Source: an uncultured Acidobacteriota bacterium
Lineage (GTDB): Bacteria; Acidobacteriota; Vicinamibacteria; Vicinamibacterales; Fen-181
Assembly: GCA_963701315.1 (NCBI GenBank)
Contig: OY969603.1
Location: forward strand, 2,571,537 to 2,635,536
DNA length: 64,000 bases
Direction: 5' to 3'
Position 1 is the stretch's first letter; each line of letters opens with the position of its first letter. The notes beneath the pieces were generated by a model that worked only from the letters and a program-made list of their open reading frames with translations, did not search any database and was not told the origin of the DNA. Of this stretch, positions 43,883 through 54,523 are shown in pieces. A program made the translations under genes and the position numbers.

Positions 43883-44539
43883 TCACCGGTCCGAGCCGTC
43901 CAGCGCGGCAGCCGTCCAGATGCCGCCCAGGACCAGCGGCACGACGACCGCACCCAGCCCGGACGCGGCCGTCAGTAGCTGCGCGACGATCGGCGGCGGC
44001 GCGTTGAGCGGGACGAACCGCGCCGCGAGAAAAGGCCCCACGCCCAATAGTCCACCCAGTGCGCCGCCCACCGCGAAGCCCTCCACCGAAGGCACCACGA
44101 CCGAGCGCCCCAGCAGACCCGCGCCCACCAGCCCCACCAGCGCGAAGGCGACCGACGACGTGACCAGGCTGTACGCCACCACAAGCCGCGGGTCCTCGAA
44201 GCCGGTCAACCCGGCCAGGTTCGGCGAGGTGACGAGCAGGGCCGTGCCGCCCACCAGGCCCCCCGCCGCAAAGGCCAGGGGCCCGCGGGGCGAGGTCCCG
44301 AGCGTCTCGCCCCCCAGGGCTCCCGCCAGGCCGAAGCCGGTGACCGAGACGAGCCCGCGGACCAGCGGCACCAGGAACGCCAGCGGAGGCACCGCAAGAA
44401 GGGCACCGGCCGCTGGCGCCGCCATGACCTGGGCCGCGGCAGCCACGACGGCGCCCCGCAGGAATCCCAGGCCCGCCCGATGCGCGCGCCCTCCTAGCGG
44501 GTCACGGGAACGCACCTGCCCTGGACACACCGTAGCCAC
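43883..44539 (-). CDS. Hypothetical Gly/Ala/Leu/Val-rich membrane protein (start uncertain)
   Basis: The ORF has 5-6 hydrophobic stretches and no recognisable family. It could be a compositional artefact. Confidence 0.35.
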   Translation of the reverse strand: MATVCPGQVRSRDPLGGRAHRAGLGFLRGAVVAAAAQVMAAPAAGALLAVPPLAFLVPLVRGLVSVTGFGLAGALGGETLGTSPRGPLAFAAGGLVGGTALLVTSPNLAGLTGFEDPRLVVAYSLVTSSVAFALVGLVGAGLLGRSVVVPSVEGFAVGGALGGLLGVGPFLAARFVPLNAPPPIVAQLLTAASGLGAVVVPLVLGGIWTAAALDGSDR

Positions 44540-44649
44540 TCCCGACTCAGGCGATGCGCCGAACCGCCGTGAACACCTCCGGGCCGCGTCTCGCCCCTGC
44601 GGCTCCCGGGCGCGACCGCCTCAGCCCTGCCCGGAAGGGGACGTCGCCG

Positions 44650-45384
44650 TCACACGCCGTCGAACAGGTCGTTTGTCGGGCGCCGGCCCAGCGCAGGCCC
44701 CCACGCCTGACGGAAGAGCTCGGCCCCGAGCAGCAGGTCGCAGTCCGCCTGCCCGAAGAAGTTCCGTTGCGCGCTCTGACGCTGGGTTGCGTGCGCCCGC
44801 AGGGCCGCGGCCTTGCGGGCCCGCCATTCTCGGGTATCGATGACAAAGTCTACGCCCGGCTGGCTGGCCACGTCGGGCCGCCGCAGGAGTTCCCAGGGCC
44901 GACGTCCCGGCACCCACACGAGGCGCCGCACGACGTGGGCCGGCCCCAGGTCCGGAAAGAAACGCGGGTCGGCCGAAGCCGCGACCGCGTCACTGGTGAA
45001 GCGGCTGATGGCGATGTGATCCGGGTGCTGGTTGGCCCCGTTCGGATCGAACGTCAAGACGACCTCCGGGCGGTGCCGACGCACCACGCCGACCAGTTGC
45101 TCGCGCATGCGGTCCACGGGCGCCGAGGCCAGCTCGCGGTCCCGGTACCCAAGCAGGTGGAGCTCGGCGATCCCCAGGAGCTCCACGGCCTGGCGCAGCT
45201 CCCGCTCCCGGGTCGCCGCCAGGTCACCCGGCGCGCAGACCGGCGGGTCCCCGGTCTTCCCCGACTCGCCCAGTGTCGCCGTGCTGAGCACGACGTCGAT
45301 ACCGCTGGCGGCGCACCGGCACGCCACCCCCCCCGCTAGAAACGTCTCGTCGTCAGGGTGGGCAAAGCTTAGCAGCAACACCAT
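44650..45384 (-). CDS. PIG-L/LmbE family deacetylase
   Basis: MVLLLSFAHPDDETFLAGG is the signature N-terminus. HPDH lies further downstream. Confidence 0.85.
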   Translation of the reverse strand: MVLLLSFAHPDDETFLAGGVACRCAASGIDVVLSTATLGESGKTGDPPVCAPGDLAATRERELRQAVELLGIAELHLLGYRDRELASAPVDRMREQLVGVVRRHRPEVVLTFDPNGANQHPDHIAISRFTSDAVAASADPRFFPDLGPAHVVRRLVWVPGRRPWELLRRPDVASQPGVDFVIDTREWRARKAAALRAHATQRQSAQRNFFGQADCDLLLGAELFRQAWGPALGRRPTNDLFDGV

Positions 45385-45500
45385 GAGGTGATTGTACGAT
45401 CTTCATGGCTTCCGCCCGCCGCCACGAGGCCGGAATCGCCCGACGGGCTAGGCGCCGGGGTCCGGATTCGCAGTACAATTGGCCGCTCACGGGAGGTGCC

Positions 45501-45795
45501 ATGTACGCGCTCGGCGTGATCCGCTACCGGCGTCCAGTCGACGAGGTGCTGCACCATCACCCGGCGCACCGCGAGTACCTGCAGGGTCTCAAGCAGAAAG
45601 GGCTGCTGATTTGCTCGGGCCCACTCGAGCCCCGCTTTGGCGGCGCCCTCCTCCTCCGCGTGCCGGATGACCAGATGCCGGGGATCCTCGATACCATCCG
45701 CGACAACGACCCCTACGTCAAGGCCGGCGTTGCGCAGTACCGAACTGCTCACCTGGGCCGTCGCGACCGGGCGCGAGGATCTGGACCGGATCTAA
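45501..45795 (+). CDS. YciI family protein; reading frame broken once near the 3' end
   Basis: A GGGAGG ribosome-binding site precedes MYALGVIRYRRP...HREYLQGLKQKGLLICSGP...DPYVKAGVAQY. The protein continues as ELLTWAVATGREDLDRI* after removing the C that follows GTAC 45737-45740. Confidence 0.75.
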
Positions 45796-45856
45796 CCGAG
45801 GAGTGCGTTCCGGCGACGTCCGGGCACGCACGTCGTCCCCCGACGAGGACCGGCAG

Positions 45857-46472
45857 ATGCTGTACCGCAGCTTGGTGACCACGCCCATCGGCCGGATGCT
45901 AAGTGTCGCATCCAACGAGTCTCTGTACGCCCTCGAATTCGACGGACCGGAGCGCGTGTCGCGCCTGTGGCACCGGTTCCATACTTATCTGCCGGGCCAG
46001 GACGTTGCGGAGGGAGGGTCTCCGGTGTTTGCGACGGTTGGCCGTTGGCTCGACGCCTACTTCGCCTCGCGCTCGCCGGACAGTGCGGACGTGCCGCTCG
46101 ATCTGCTGGGCACCGAGTTCGAACGCGGCGTCTGGCGCCATCTGATGACGATCCCCCCGGGCCAGACCTCCACCTACGGTGCCATCGCCGCTCACCTCGG
46201 CCGCGCGGACGCGGCGCGGGCCGTCGGCGCGGCGGTCGGCGCCAACCCGGTGTCGCTCATCGTCCCCTGCCACCGGGTCGTGGGGGCGGACGGGTCGCTC
46301 ACCGGCTACGGCGGAGGGCTCGACAGGAAGGAGTGGCTCCTCCGACACGAGCGGGCGCGAGGAGTGGCGGGCGATTCTGTTCGTCGCGCCCTTCCTCCCC
46401 GACGAGGGCTCACAGGACGGCGCGGCGAACGACCGACCCTCCCCCGGCCGCGAGCGCCGCCGGTCCCGATGA
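45857..46472 (+). CDS. ogt: Methylated-DNA--protein-cysteine methyltransferase (Ogt); 3' end uncertain
   Basis: TTPIGRMLSVASNESLYALEF...TSTYGAIAA...NPVSLIVPCHRVVGADGSLTGYGGGLDRKEWLLRHE matches Ogt. In the frame as given there is no stop before the permease. A +1 correction at GATTC 46373-46377 would end the gene at a TGA overlapping the permease ATG. Confidence 0.8.
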
Positions 46473-47755
46473 ACGCCGTCGACATCCGACCGATTCCGCC
46501 CTCCGACCGGCGGCAACCGGCCCTCGACCTGTTCCTGATCTTCGCCTGCGCGAACATCGTCGCCACGACTTTCCAGACTGGTGCGAGCCTGTCACCAGCC
46601 TTCAGCCTGCCGACCGCCGTCGGCCTCATCGTGGGGGGCACGCTGGCCGGGTCGCTGCTCATCGCGGTGCTCTCGGCGCTTGGTGCGAGACTCGGCGTGC
46701 CGTCGGTGATTGCGGCCCGCGCGGCGCTGGGATTGCGGGGCGCCGGACTGGTCGCCGTCCTGCTCTACACGACGAACTTCGCCTGGATCGCCGTCAACAA
46801 CGTCATCGCCGCGTCGGCCTGCGCGCGCGCGGTGGGCGGCCCCGGCTCGATGCGGGCGTGGGCGGTCGGCCTCGGCCTCCTCTCAACCCTGGTCGTTGCG
46901 GGCGGGCCGCGCCTGGTCGCCCGCGCGGACCGCGTCGCGGTGCCGGTGCTGGCGATTGCGGGCGTCGCGGTGACGGCAGCCTGCGTCGCGATCCCACCGA
47001 CACTGCTCTGGCGTCCGGCGACGGGCGGGATGTCGTGGGTCCAGGGTTTCGACGTGGTGGTCGGCTACCAGGTGTCGTGGATCCTGATGTTTGCCGACTA
47101 TTCGCGCTACACGCCTTCGCCGCGATCCGGCGGCCTGGCCGTGTTCCTCGGTCTCGCGTTGACCAGCCTCTGGCTGATGCCCTTGGGCGCAATGGCCGCC
47201 CGGGCCGCCATGAGCAGCGATCCGGGCGCCATGCTGGCGGCCCTCCACCTGGGTGCGTCGGGCGCGCTGTTGATCACGGTGGCGACCGTGACGACGAATT
47301 TCGTGAACATCTACATGTCCTCGTTGGCGCTCCGCAGCCTGGTGCCCACGGCCGGCGACCAGACATCCGTGTGGTCGACTGGACTCATCGCCGCCGCACT
47401 GAGCTTCTTCTCGACCGTGTGGCTCGAACGCTACTCGGGCTTCATGTTGGTGCTGGGAAGCGTCCTGCTGCCGGTCGGCGGGATCCTGCTCGCGCGGTTC
47501 TTCCTGATCAGGCGCGAGGTGCACGTCGAGGCGCTCTACGACCCGCACGGGGAGTTCGGCCGGTCGGGCGGATTCGACCTGGCGGGGCTGGCGGCATGGG
47601 CGGCCGGCGGGCTGACCTACTACCTGGCCCGGCATGTCGGGGGAACGCTGCCCTCGCTGGCGGTGAGTGTGAGCGTGTACCTGGCCCTGGACCACCTGAC
47701 GCGGCGCTCCGCGGACGTCGCCGGAAACACGAGGAACCGGCGCGTGATCTCGTAG
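46469..47755 (+). CDS. NCS1/purine-cytosine permease-like transporter
   Basis: MNAVDIRPIPPSDRRQPALDLFLIFACANIVATTFQTG is followed by about 12 hydrophobic segments. This is the typical N-terminal motif of cytosine-permease-like proteins. Confidence 0.75.
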   Translation: MNAVDIRPIPPSDRRQPALDLFLIFACANIVATTFQTGASLSPAFSLPTAVGLIVGGTLAGSLLIAVLSALGARLGVPSVIAARAALGLRGAGLVAVLLYTTNFAWIAVNNVIAASACARAVGGPGSMRAWAVGLGLLSTLVVAGGPRLVARADRVAVPVLAIAGVAVTAACVAIPPTLLWRPATGGMSWVQGFDVVVGYQVSWILMFADYSRYTPSPRSGGLAVFLGLALTSLWLMPLGAMAARAAMSSDPGAMLAALHLGASGALLITVATVTTNFVNIYMSSLALRSLVPTAGDQTSVWSTGLIAAALSFFSTVWLERYSGFMLVLGSVLLPVGGILLARFFLIRREVHVEALYDPHGEFGRSGGFDLAGLAAWAAGGLTYYLARHVGGTLPSLAVSVSVYLALDHLTRRSADVAGNTRNRRVIS

Positions 47756-47790
47756 CGACCGCCGTGGTCGCCCGGAGGCGGCGGGAGGCT

Positions 47791-50694
47791 CTACCGCCTC
47801 GCGGGCGCTCGCCGCGCCTGCTCCGCCTTGTCGCTGACGCGGCTACACGCGCGCTGAAATCTCGCCAACAGGGCGCGCCCCGCGGCCTCGGGCACGGGCC
47901 CCACGCGCTTCCAGGAGGCCTGGGCGCTGCGAACCTGTTCGACCATCGCCTTCCACTTCGCGGCGTCATCCGGGCGCCCCGCGATCGTGTTGTTCGCGAG
48001 GGCCTCCCGCAGCTGGCGCGCCAACAAGGTTGCCGGCGACTCGCCCGCCGTCGCCGATGGCCCGCCGTCCTCGACCGCCTTCGAGTCGGGCGCCGCCAGA
48101 CGCTCCACCTGCAGGCACAGGTCCTCGAGCGCGGCGAGGTTGGCCCTGACGTCCAAGTCCGTCCCGACGAAGGGAGCGGGCCAAGCCTCGGCCACACGGG
48201 TGAGCGCGTGCTGGAACCGATCCCCCAGGCGGGTGGCGCGCTCGCGCGGCAGGGCTGGCGCGACCTCGCCGAACCGCTGGCGACACTCCCGCACCCGATC
48301 GGCGAGTCCCTCCGGGACGTCCGGGGCACCCTCGCCGGCCGCCGGCAGCAGCTGTTCCAGCGCCTCGCAGGCGGTCTCCGCGGTCGACACGGACGAGGAG
48401 GTCGCCAGCTGGTCTCGCTGCTGGTATCGCTCGAAGAACGTGTCGCAGGCGGATCGGAAACGCTGCCAGATCTGGTCGGACCGGCTCTTGCGCACCGGAC
48501 CGACCGCCTTCCAGTCGGCCTGGAGTCGCTTGACCTCCTCGAGGCCCTTCTGCCACTCCGTCGTTCCGGCAAGCGCCTCGGCCTGCTGGCAAAGGGCCTC
48601 CTTGCGCGCCAGGTTCGCCGACCACTCCTCCTTGCGCTTCTGCAGGTCCTCGCGCCGACGCGTGAAGAACAGGTCGCACGCAGCGTGGAACCGATCCCAG
48701 AGCACCTTCTCGTCGGCCCGCGGCGCCGGGCCGGCAGCCTTCCAGTCGGCCTGGAGGGCCTTGATCGCCTCGGCGGTCTGAATCCAGTTGCTGGAGCCCG
48801 ACAACGACTCAGCCTGTTCGCACAGCGCCTGCTTGCGCGCCCGGCTCGCGGCCTGCGCTTCGGCGATCTGTGCAAAGTAGGTGTCGCAGCGGGCTCGCAC
48901 CGCATCGCAGGCGGTCTTGAAGCGGAGCCACAGCGCCTGCGACTGGCTGCGCGGCGCGATGGCGACCCGCTTCCACTGCGCCTGGGCGTCGCGCAGCTGC
49001 GCGGCGGCGGCGGCCAGGTCCTCGAGCTGCGCCAGAGCCTCGACGCGCTGGCACAGCTCCTCCTGGAGCCCCGCATTCGCCCACCGCTGCCATTCGTCCA
49101 GGTCGCGCAGTTCCTGGACCTTCGGAGACAATGCCGCACCGGCGCGTTTGAGGCGGTCGGTGACCTGGTCGTGGTCCTGGCGGGTCGGCAGCACCCCCAT
49201 GTCGTCCAACGCCGCTCTCGCGTCGCGCAGCCCTCGTTCGGCCTGTTTGAGCGTCAGGGCCGGCGAGCCTGCCATCGCCTCGAGCTCGGCGCACAGCGCC
49301 TGAAGCCTGACGAGGTGCTCCTGCTGCTCCCGCGCGCGGCGGTCGCGGGCCTCGGCCTCGCGAGCACGGAGTTGCGTCTCGGCCGCGTTGGCGCGCGCCA
49401 GGAGCCCCGCGTCGTCACAACCGGCGCCCACCAGCTCCTGCCAGGCCCGTCGAACTTCATGGGCCCTGGTTCGTTCGCTGCGCTCGGCGAGGGCAGACCC
49501 CGCCAGGCGCTCGAGTTCCGCGCACACGGCTTCGGCCCGTTCCCGCGTCGCCCGCTGCCGGGCGAGCGCCGCGTGGCGCGTCTCAGCCCCGCGGCACGCT
49601 TCCGCAAAGCGCTGCTGCCAACGGGCGGCCTCGGCAGCGTCCGCCATGGGCGCCAACGCCGCCCAGGCTGCCCGGGCTGCCGCGAGGTCGGCGACGGTCT
49701 CCTCACCGCCACTCGAGTCCGCCTGATCGCACACCGCACGGCGCGCGGCAGCCGCCTCCGCGTTCGCTCGAAGCGCCCGCGCCCGCTCGGCGCGTTCCTC
49801 AGCCTGTTGGGCCAGGGCCCGGCTCGCCACCTCCCGCGCCGCCTGGAACCGCGCGGCCATCTCGGGGCCGGAGTCCGCACCCAGGGCCAGCCAGTCCCGA
49901 TCGATCTCGGAAAGGACCGCGTCGCCCTCGTCCGACCCGGCACCCGGAAGTGCCTCGAGGCGCTCACACAGCGATGCGGCCGTGCGCCGTCGACTCTCCA
50001 TCGCCGCCTGCTCGGCGTCCTCGTGCGGCGCCGCGGTGGCCGCCGCTTCGTCGATTCCAAACTGGCGCGCCAGTGCGCGGGCCCGCTTGGAGGCCGTCCG
50101 GTTCTTCGCGCGGGCCGCCACGTCCTCGAGCATGGTCCGGTCGGACAGCCGCTCCACCGCCGCGAGCGCCACGTCCTTGAAATCCGACCGGACGGCCACG
50201 GCCGCCAGTTCCGTCGGCGACGCGATCCGGCGCAACGCCTCGAGACGGATCGCCGCATGCCCGGCCTTTCGCGCAACCGCCCCCAGGCCGACGTCGTCGG
50301 GAACCCGCGCCAGGGCGGCTTCGGCCACCTCCGCGCTGGCCGCCCCGCGCGCGACCGCCACCAGGTGCCTCGACTCCGTGAGGCCGGTGAGTGCCGCGAA
50401 GCTCTCCGCCTGGGTGGTCCCTTCAAACGCGCCCAGCGCCAGGTCGACCAGCAACGCGACCGCCTCGTCGCGGACGCGGGCGTCGGGGTCGGATTGGCTG
50501 ACCGCGGCGATGGTCGCAGGATCGATCACCTTCTTGATCGCGGCGATCCGGACGCCTGGGTCCCGGTCTTCCCGAGCGACCCACGCGAGCGTGTCCTGCT
50601 GGTCGAGCGGGAGCTGCTCCACGGCCGTGGTCCGGACGGCCGGGTTGGCGTGTTTCCATCGGGGCTGGGCGCGGAAGTGGTCGAGCAGACCCAT
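47791..50694 (-). CDS. DUF349 repeat protein with an N-terminal HEAT-like region
   Basis: Repeated units read W..F...C D.FF.RR...W..N...KE.LC..AE.L (for example LWDRFHAACDLFFTRRREDL...KEALCQQAEAL). A GGAGG ribosome-binding site lies upstream of ATG 50694. Confidence 0.85.
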   Translation of the reverse strand: MGLLDHFRAQPRWKHANPAVRTTAVEQLPLDQQDTLAWVAREDRDPGVRIAAIKKVIDPATIAAVSQSDPDARVRDEAVALLVDLALGAFEGTTQAESFAALTGLTESRHLVAVARGAASAEVAEAALARVPDDVGLGAVARKAGHAAIRLEALRRIASPTELAAVAVRSDFKDVALAAVERLSDRTMLEDVAARAKNRTASKRARALARQFGIDEAAATAAPHEDAEQAAMESRRRTAASLCERLEALPGAGSDEGDAVLSEIDRDWLALGADSGPEMAARFQAAREVASRALAQQAEERAERARALRANAEAAAARRAVCDQADSSGGEETVADLAAARAAWAALAPMADAAEAARWQQRFAEACRGAETRHAALARQRATRERAEAVCAELERLAGSALAERSERTRAHEVRRAWQELVGAGCDDAGLLARANAAETQLRAREAEARDRRAREQQEHLVRLQALCAELEAMAGSPALTLKQAERGLRDARAALDDMGVLPTRQDHDQVTDRLKRAGAALSPKVQELRDLDEWQRWANAGLQEELCQRVEALAQLEDLAAAAAQLRDAQAQWKRVAIAPRSQSQALWLRFKTACDAVRARCDTYFAQIAEAQAASRARKQALCEQAESLSGSSNWIQTAEAIKALQADWKAAGPAPRADEKVLWDRFHAACDLFFTRRREDLQKRKEEWSANLARKEALCQQAEALAGTTEWQKGLEEVKRLQADWKAVGPVRKSRSDQIWQRFRSACDTFFERYQQRDQLATSSSVSTAETACEALEQLLPAAGEGAPDVPEGLADRVRECRQRFGEVAPALPRERATRLGDRFQHALTRVAEAWPAPFVGTDLDVRANLAALEDLCLQVERLAAPDSKAVEDGGPSATAGESPATLLARQLREALANNTIAGRPDDAAKWKAMVEQVRSAQASWKRVGPVPEAAGRALLARFQRACSRVSDKAEQARRAPARR

Positions 50695-50763
50695 GACGAC
50701 TCTTTGTACCTCCAGGACGACGATCCCGGATGTTGCGGTGGTAGCAGCCGCGCGAGCGGCAGG

Positions 50764-50788
50764 AAGTTATGTAGTTTACTATATAGTT
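50764..50788. promoter_or_regulatory. AT-rich patch with the palindrome CTATATAG in a divergent intergenic region (candidate promoter/operator)
   Basis: AAGTTATGTAGTTTACTATATAGTT is the most AT-rich stretch I noticed in the window. It sits between the divergent DUF349 (start 50694) and M14 (start 50837) genes and contains TATAGT/TACTAT -10-like hexamers. Confidence 0.35.
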
Positions 50789-50836
50789 CCCACCATGCGG
50801 CGCTCACGCGCCGGCCGTCCCAGAAAGGACTCTTCG

Positions 50837-53504
50837 ATGCGCATCCGCCGCCTTGCGGTCATCGCCCTGCTCTGCCTCGGCCTCCCGTTTCACCCGCCCG
50901 GGGAGCGGCTCCAGGCCCGCAGCGTGCCTGGACAGCTCGCCTCCGCCGTTCCGACGCCGGAGCAGTTCCTCGGCTTCCCGGTCGGCGCCGACAACAAGCT
51001 GGCCCGCTGGGACAAGATCGTCGCCTACCTGCAGGCGGTGGCCGAGCGCTCGCCGCGCGTCAGGGTCCGCGAACTGGGGAAGACGACCCGAGGCAACAGC
51101 TTCATCGCCGTCGAGGTCGGCGCGCCGGACACGCTGGCTCACGTCGACCGGGTCAAGCAGCTCCAACGTCGGCTCTACTTCCAGGGCGGCGTCCCGACGG
51201 CGGCCGAGCGCGACGAGATCTTCGGTGCCGCCAAGCTCGTCGTCCTGGTGACGTGCAACATCCACTCGACCGAGATCGGCGCCTCGCAGATGGTGCTCGA
51301 CCTGGTGTACCGCCTGGCCACCGACGACTCGGCGCGCGTGCGCAAGATCCTGGACAACGTCGTCCTCGTCCTCGTGCCGAGCCTGAATCCCGACGGCCAG
51401 ATCATGGTGGTCGACTGGTTCAACAAGAACCTCGGCACCGAGTTTGACGGGAGCCCGATGCCCTGGCTCTACCACCCCTACGTCGGGCACGACAACAACC
51501 GCGACATGTACATGTTCACCCAGAAGGAGAGCCAGCTCGCCGCACGGCTGCTCTGGCACGACTGGTTCCCGACCGTCTGGCTCGACGAGCATCAGCAAGG
51601 CAGTTCCGGCGCCCGGATCTTCGTCATGCCCGCGACCGACCCCATCAACCCCAACGTCCACCCGCTGATCTACCGGTGGAACGGGATCCTCGGCCAGGCG
51701 CAGGCGGCCGCGCTCGAGGCAGCGGGCAAAGACGGGATCATCTACAACTCCACCTACACGAACTTCTGGGAAGGCGCGATGGCGTGGAGCGGCTGGTGGC
51801 ACAACGAGGTCGGGCTCCTCACCGAGGTGGCGAGCGCCCGCGTCGCGGCCCCCCTCGAGCAGCGTCGGGCGACGCCGGGCGCCTCCGTCCCGCCCGAACC
51901 CGACAGCCCGGAGGGCCGGCGCGCCCCCGACACGCCCGGCGGACCGCTGCCGCCACCGCGTGACATCACGCCGCGTACCGAATACCCGAGGCCCTGGATG
52001 GGTGGCCGATGGACGCTCCGCGACATCGTCGACTACGAACTGATTGCGACCATGGGCCTGCTCGAAACCGCCGCTGATCAACGCGAGGCGCTGCTCCGGC
52101 AGATCTACGAGGTCAACCGGGTCACGGTCGAGAACAGCGACAAGGGTGCCATCCTGATCCCCGTCGGGAGCCAGTTCGATCCGCGAGCCGCCGTGCGGTT
52201 GGCCGAGAAGCTCCAGTTGGGCGGTGTCGAGGTCTGGCGCGCCGGAAACGCCTTCGAGGCCGACGGCCGACGCTACGAGGAAGGTACGCTGGTCGTGCCC
52301 CTGGCCCAGGTGTTTGCCCGGTACGCCAAGGACCTGCTGGAGCGGCAGACCTACCCGGAGGTCCGCCGCACGCCGGCCTCGCCCCCGGAACCCCCCTATG
52401 ACGTCACGGCCTGGTCGCTCGGCATGCTCATGGGGGCCGACGTCGTCTTCGTGAAACAGGCCGTGCCTTCTGACGCCAAGCTCGCCAGGTTGGCCGACGT
52501 CCCCTTGCTGCCGGGCCGCGTGCACGGCAGCGGCACGCGCTTCCTCTTCGACTACCGGGGACCGGACACGGCCCTCGCCATCAACCGCCTGCTCAAGGAG
52601 GGCGCGAGAGTGACGCTCGAACGCAGGGGCGCGGGGGCCGAGGTCGGCGTGACCCTCGTGACGCGCCCGCGGATCGAGGCCCTCGCGTCGCAGCTCGGCT
52701 TGGACGTGCGGGCAGTGGCCCCGGGGCGGCCGCCCGCCGGCCGCGACCGGGAGCTGGTGCTCAAGCCCCCACGGGTCGGCCTCTATCAGAGTTGGACCGC
52801 CAACCTGGACGAGGGCTGGACGCGGTGGGTCCTCGAACAGTGGGAGTTCGCCCCGAACACCTTGCACAATACGGACATCCGGGCCGGACACCTCCACGGG
52901 CAGTACAGACGTGATCGTGCTGCCCGACGAGCCGCCCCGGGACATCCTCGACGGCAACGACGCCCGGACCACGAGACCCGAGTACCGGGGCGGCATCGGC
53001 GAGGAGGGGCTTCAGGCGCTCAAGTCGTTCGTCGCGGACGGTGGCACGCTGGTCACCCTCGGGGCGAGCACGGGTCTGGCGATCCAGAAGTGGCCGATCC
53101 CCATCCGCGACATCAAACGCGGCCTCACGCGCGACCAGCACTTCGCGCCCGGGACGATCGTGCACGTCCAGGTCGACACCGCCAATCCGCTCTCATACGG
53201 CGTGCCGACCGACACCTACGGGTTCTACAACAACAGCCCGTTCTTCGACGTGGTCGGCGGGTTCCCGTCCCAGCGGGTGTCGGTCGTCGCGCGCTATCCG
53301 AACACCGACGTGGTCGCCTCCGGGTGGCTCAGGGGCGAGGACCTGATGACCGGCCGCGCCGCCGTCGTCCAGGTGGACCTGAATCCCGGATGCCTGCTGC
53401 TGTTCGGCCTCCGGCCGCAGCACCGCGCGCAGACCCAGGCGACGTTCCCACTGCTGTTCAACGCGCTGTACCTGGCCGCTGCAACGGCCCCGCCGGCGCC
53501 GTAG
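50837..53504 (+). CDS. Large secreted M14 family metallocarboxypeptidase-like protein (paralog 2); reading frame broken once
   Basis: The signal peptide is MRIRRLAVIALLCLGLP. The HxxE motif sits in TCNIHSTEIG, followed by VGHDNNRD. ...NTDIRAGHLHGQY joins DVIVLPDEPPRDIL... (ORF 52911..53504) after removing the base that follows GTAC 52903-52906. Confidence 0.85.
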
Positions 53505-53584
53505 CCGTTCGCGCCTGGCGAAGACGCCGATTGCTCGACCGTCCCGGCGGGGGGCGTCCGAGGGAGGCCCCCACCGCATCGGCT

Positions 53585-54077
53585 ATGCTAGACGAGATGA
53601 TCAACCCACCTGCGTCGTCGAGCGTGCAGGAACAGGTACGCGCCGCACAGCATCTGCTTCGGCTGCGGGCCGGCCAACCCACAGGGTCTCCGGATCCGCA
53701 GCTTCCCGTCGGGCGAGGAGATGGTCGCCGTCTGGACGCCGGCCCCCCACCATCAGGCGTTCGAGGGCGTCATCAATGGCGGGATCATCGGCACGCTGTT
53801 CGACTGCCACTGCAACTGGACGGCGGCCTGGCACCTGATGAAGCGCGCTCAGGCCGACGCGCCCCCCGCGACGGTCACGGCCGATTACGCCGTGCGTTTC
53901 AAACGCCCGGCGCCTGCCGGCGGTCCTCTCACGCTCCGCGCGCACGCGGTCGAGATCAGGGACGACCGCGCCACCATCGAGGCGACGCTCGAGGCCAACG
54001 GCGCGGTGTGTGCGACCTGCCGCGGCACGTTCGTGGCCGTCCGGCCGGACCACCCCGGCTACCACCGGTGGGACTGA
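53585..54077 (+). CDS. PaaI-family (hotdog fold) thioesterase; N-terminus uncertain (possible frame break)
   Basis: ICFGCGPANPQGLRIRSFPSGEEMVAVWTP...GVINGGIIGTLFDCH is a PaaI-type core. The nearest ATG (53585) is in another frame and joins if one base is removed at GCATC 53650-53654. Confidence 0.65.
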
Positions 54078-54134
54078 GTCGCGGAGCGGGCGCGCCGCGA
54101 CGAGCCCGGGCACATCGGGGTCAGGAGGCAGTAC

Positions 54135-54476
54135 GTGAAGAACCTTGATTGGATCGAAGAACTGCCGGCGTCGGTCACCGTGACCGATGCCTCGGGAACC
54201 ATCGTGGCCATGAACGCGCAATCCCGCGCCGTCTTCGCGGCCGATGGCGGCGGGGCGCTGGTCGGCAAGAGCCTGTTCGACTGCCATCCCGGGGCGGCGC
54301 GGCAGAAGGCCGAGGTGCTCTACGCGCGGCGGCAAGCCAACCACTACACCATCCGGAAGGCCGGCCAGAAGAAGATGATTCACCAGGTCCCGTATTTCGC
54401 GGGAGGCGTCTTCGCCGGCTTCGTCGAGATCTCGGTGCCGATCCCGGACGACCTGCCTCATTTCGACCGGGGCTGA
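54135..54476 (+). CDS. Small stand-alone PAS domain protein
   Basis: An AGGAGG ribosome-binding site and a GTG start precede LPASVTVTDASGTIVAMNAQSRAVF...GKSLFDCHP, a PAS-like fold of 113 aa. Confidence 0.65.
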   Translation: MKNLDWIEELPASVTVTDASGTIVAMNAQSRAVFAADGGGALVGKSLFDCHPGAARQKAEVLYARRQANHYTIRKAGQKKMIHQVPYFAGGVFAGFVEISVPIPDDLPHFDRG

Positions 54477-54523
54477 GCACGTGCTGGCCGGCGGGATGGC
54501 GGACGGCGAGGTGACCGCGCGCG

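Noticed and set aside
45967-51447. A giant 1826-aa plus-strand ORF, the longest in the track
   Set aside because: The translation is low-complexity Arg/Gly/Pro/Ala with no domain signatures. It lies out of frame over the permease gene and antisense to the DUF349 gene, both of which have clear family signatures. It is a typical shadow ORF of a high-GC genome.
49982-54148. A 1388-aa plus-strand ORF
   Set aside because: It is a composite. The first about 285 codons are an antisense shadow over the DUF349 gene. The real M14 gene starts at the internal ATG 50837 with a signal peptide. Beyond about 52906 the frame is wrong because of the insertion after GTAC, and the true C-terminus is ORF 52911..53504.
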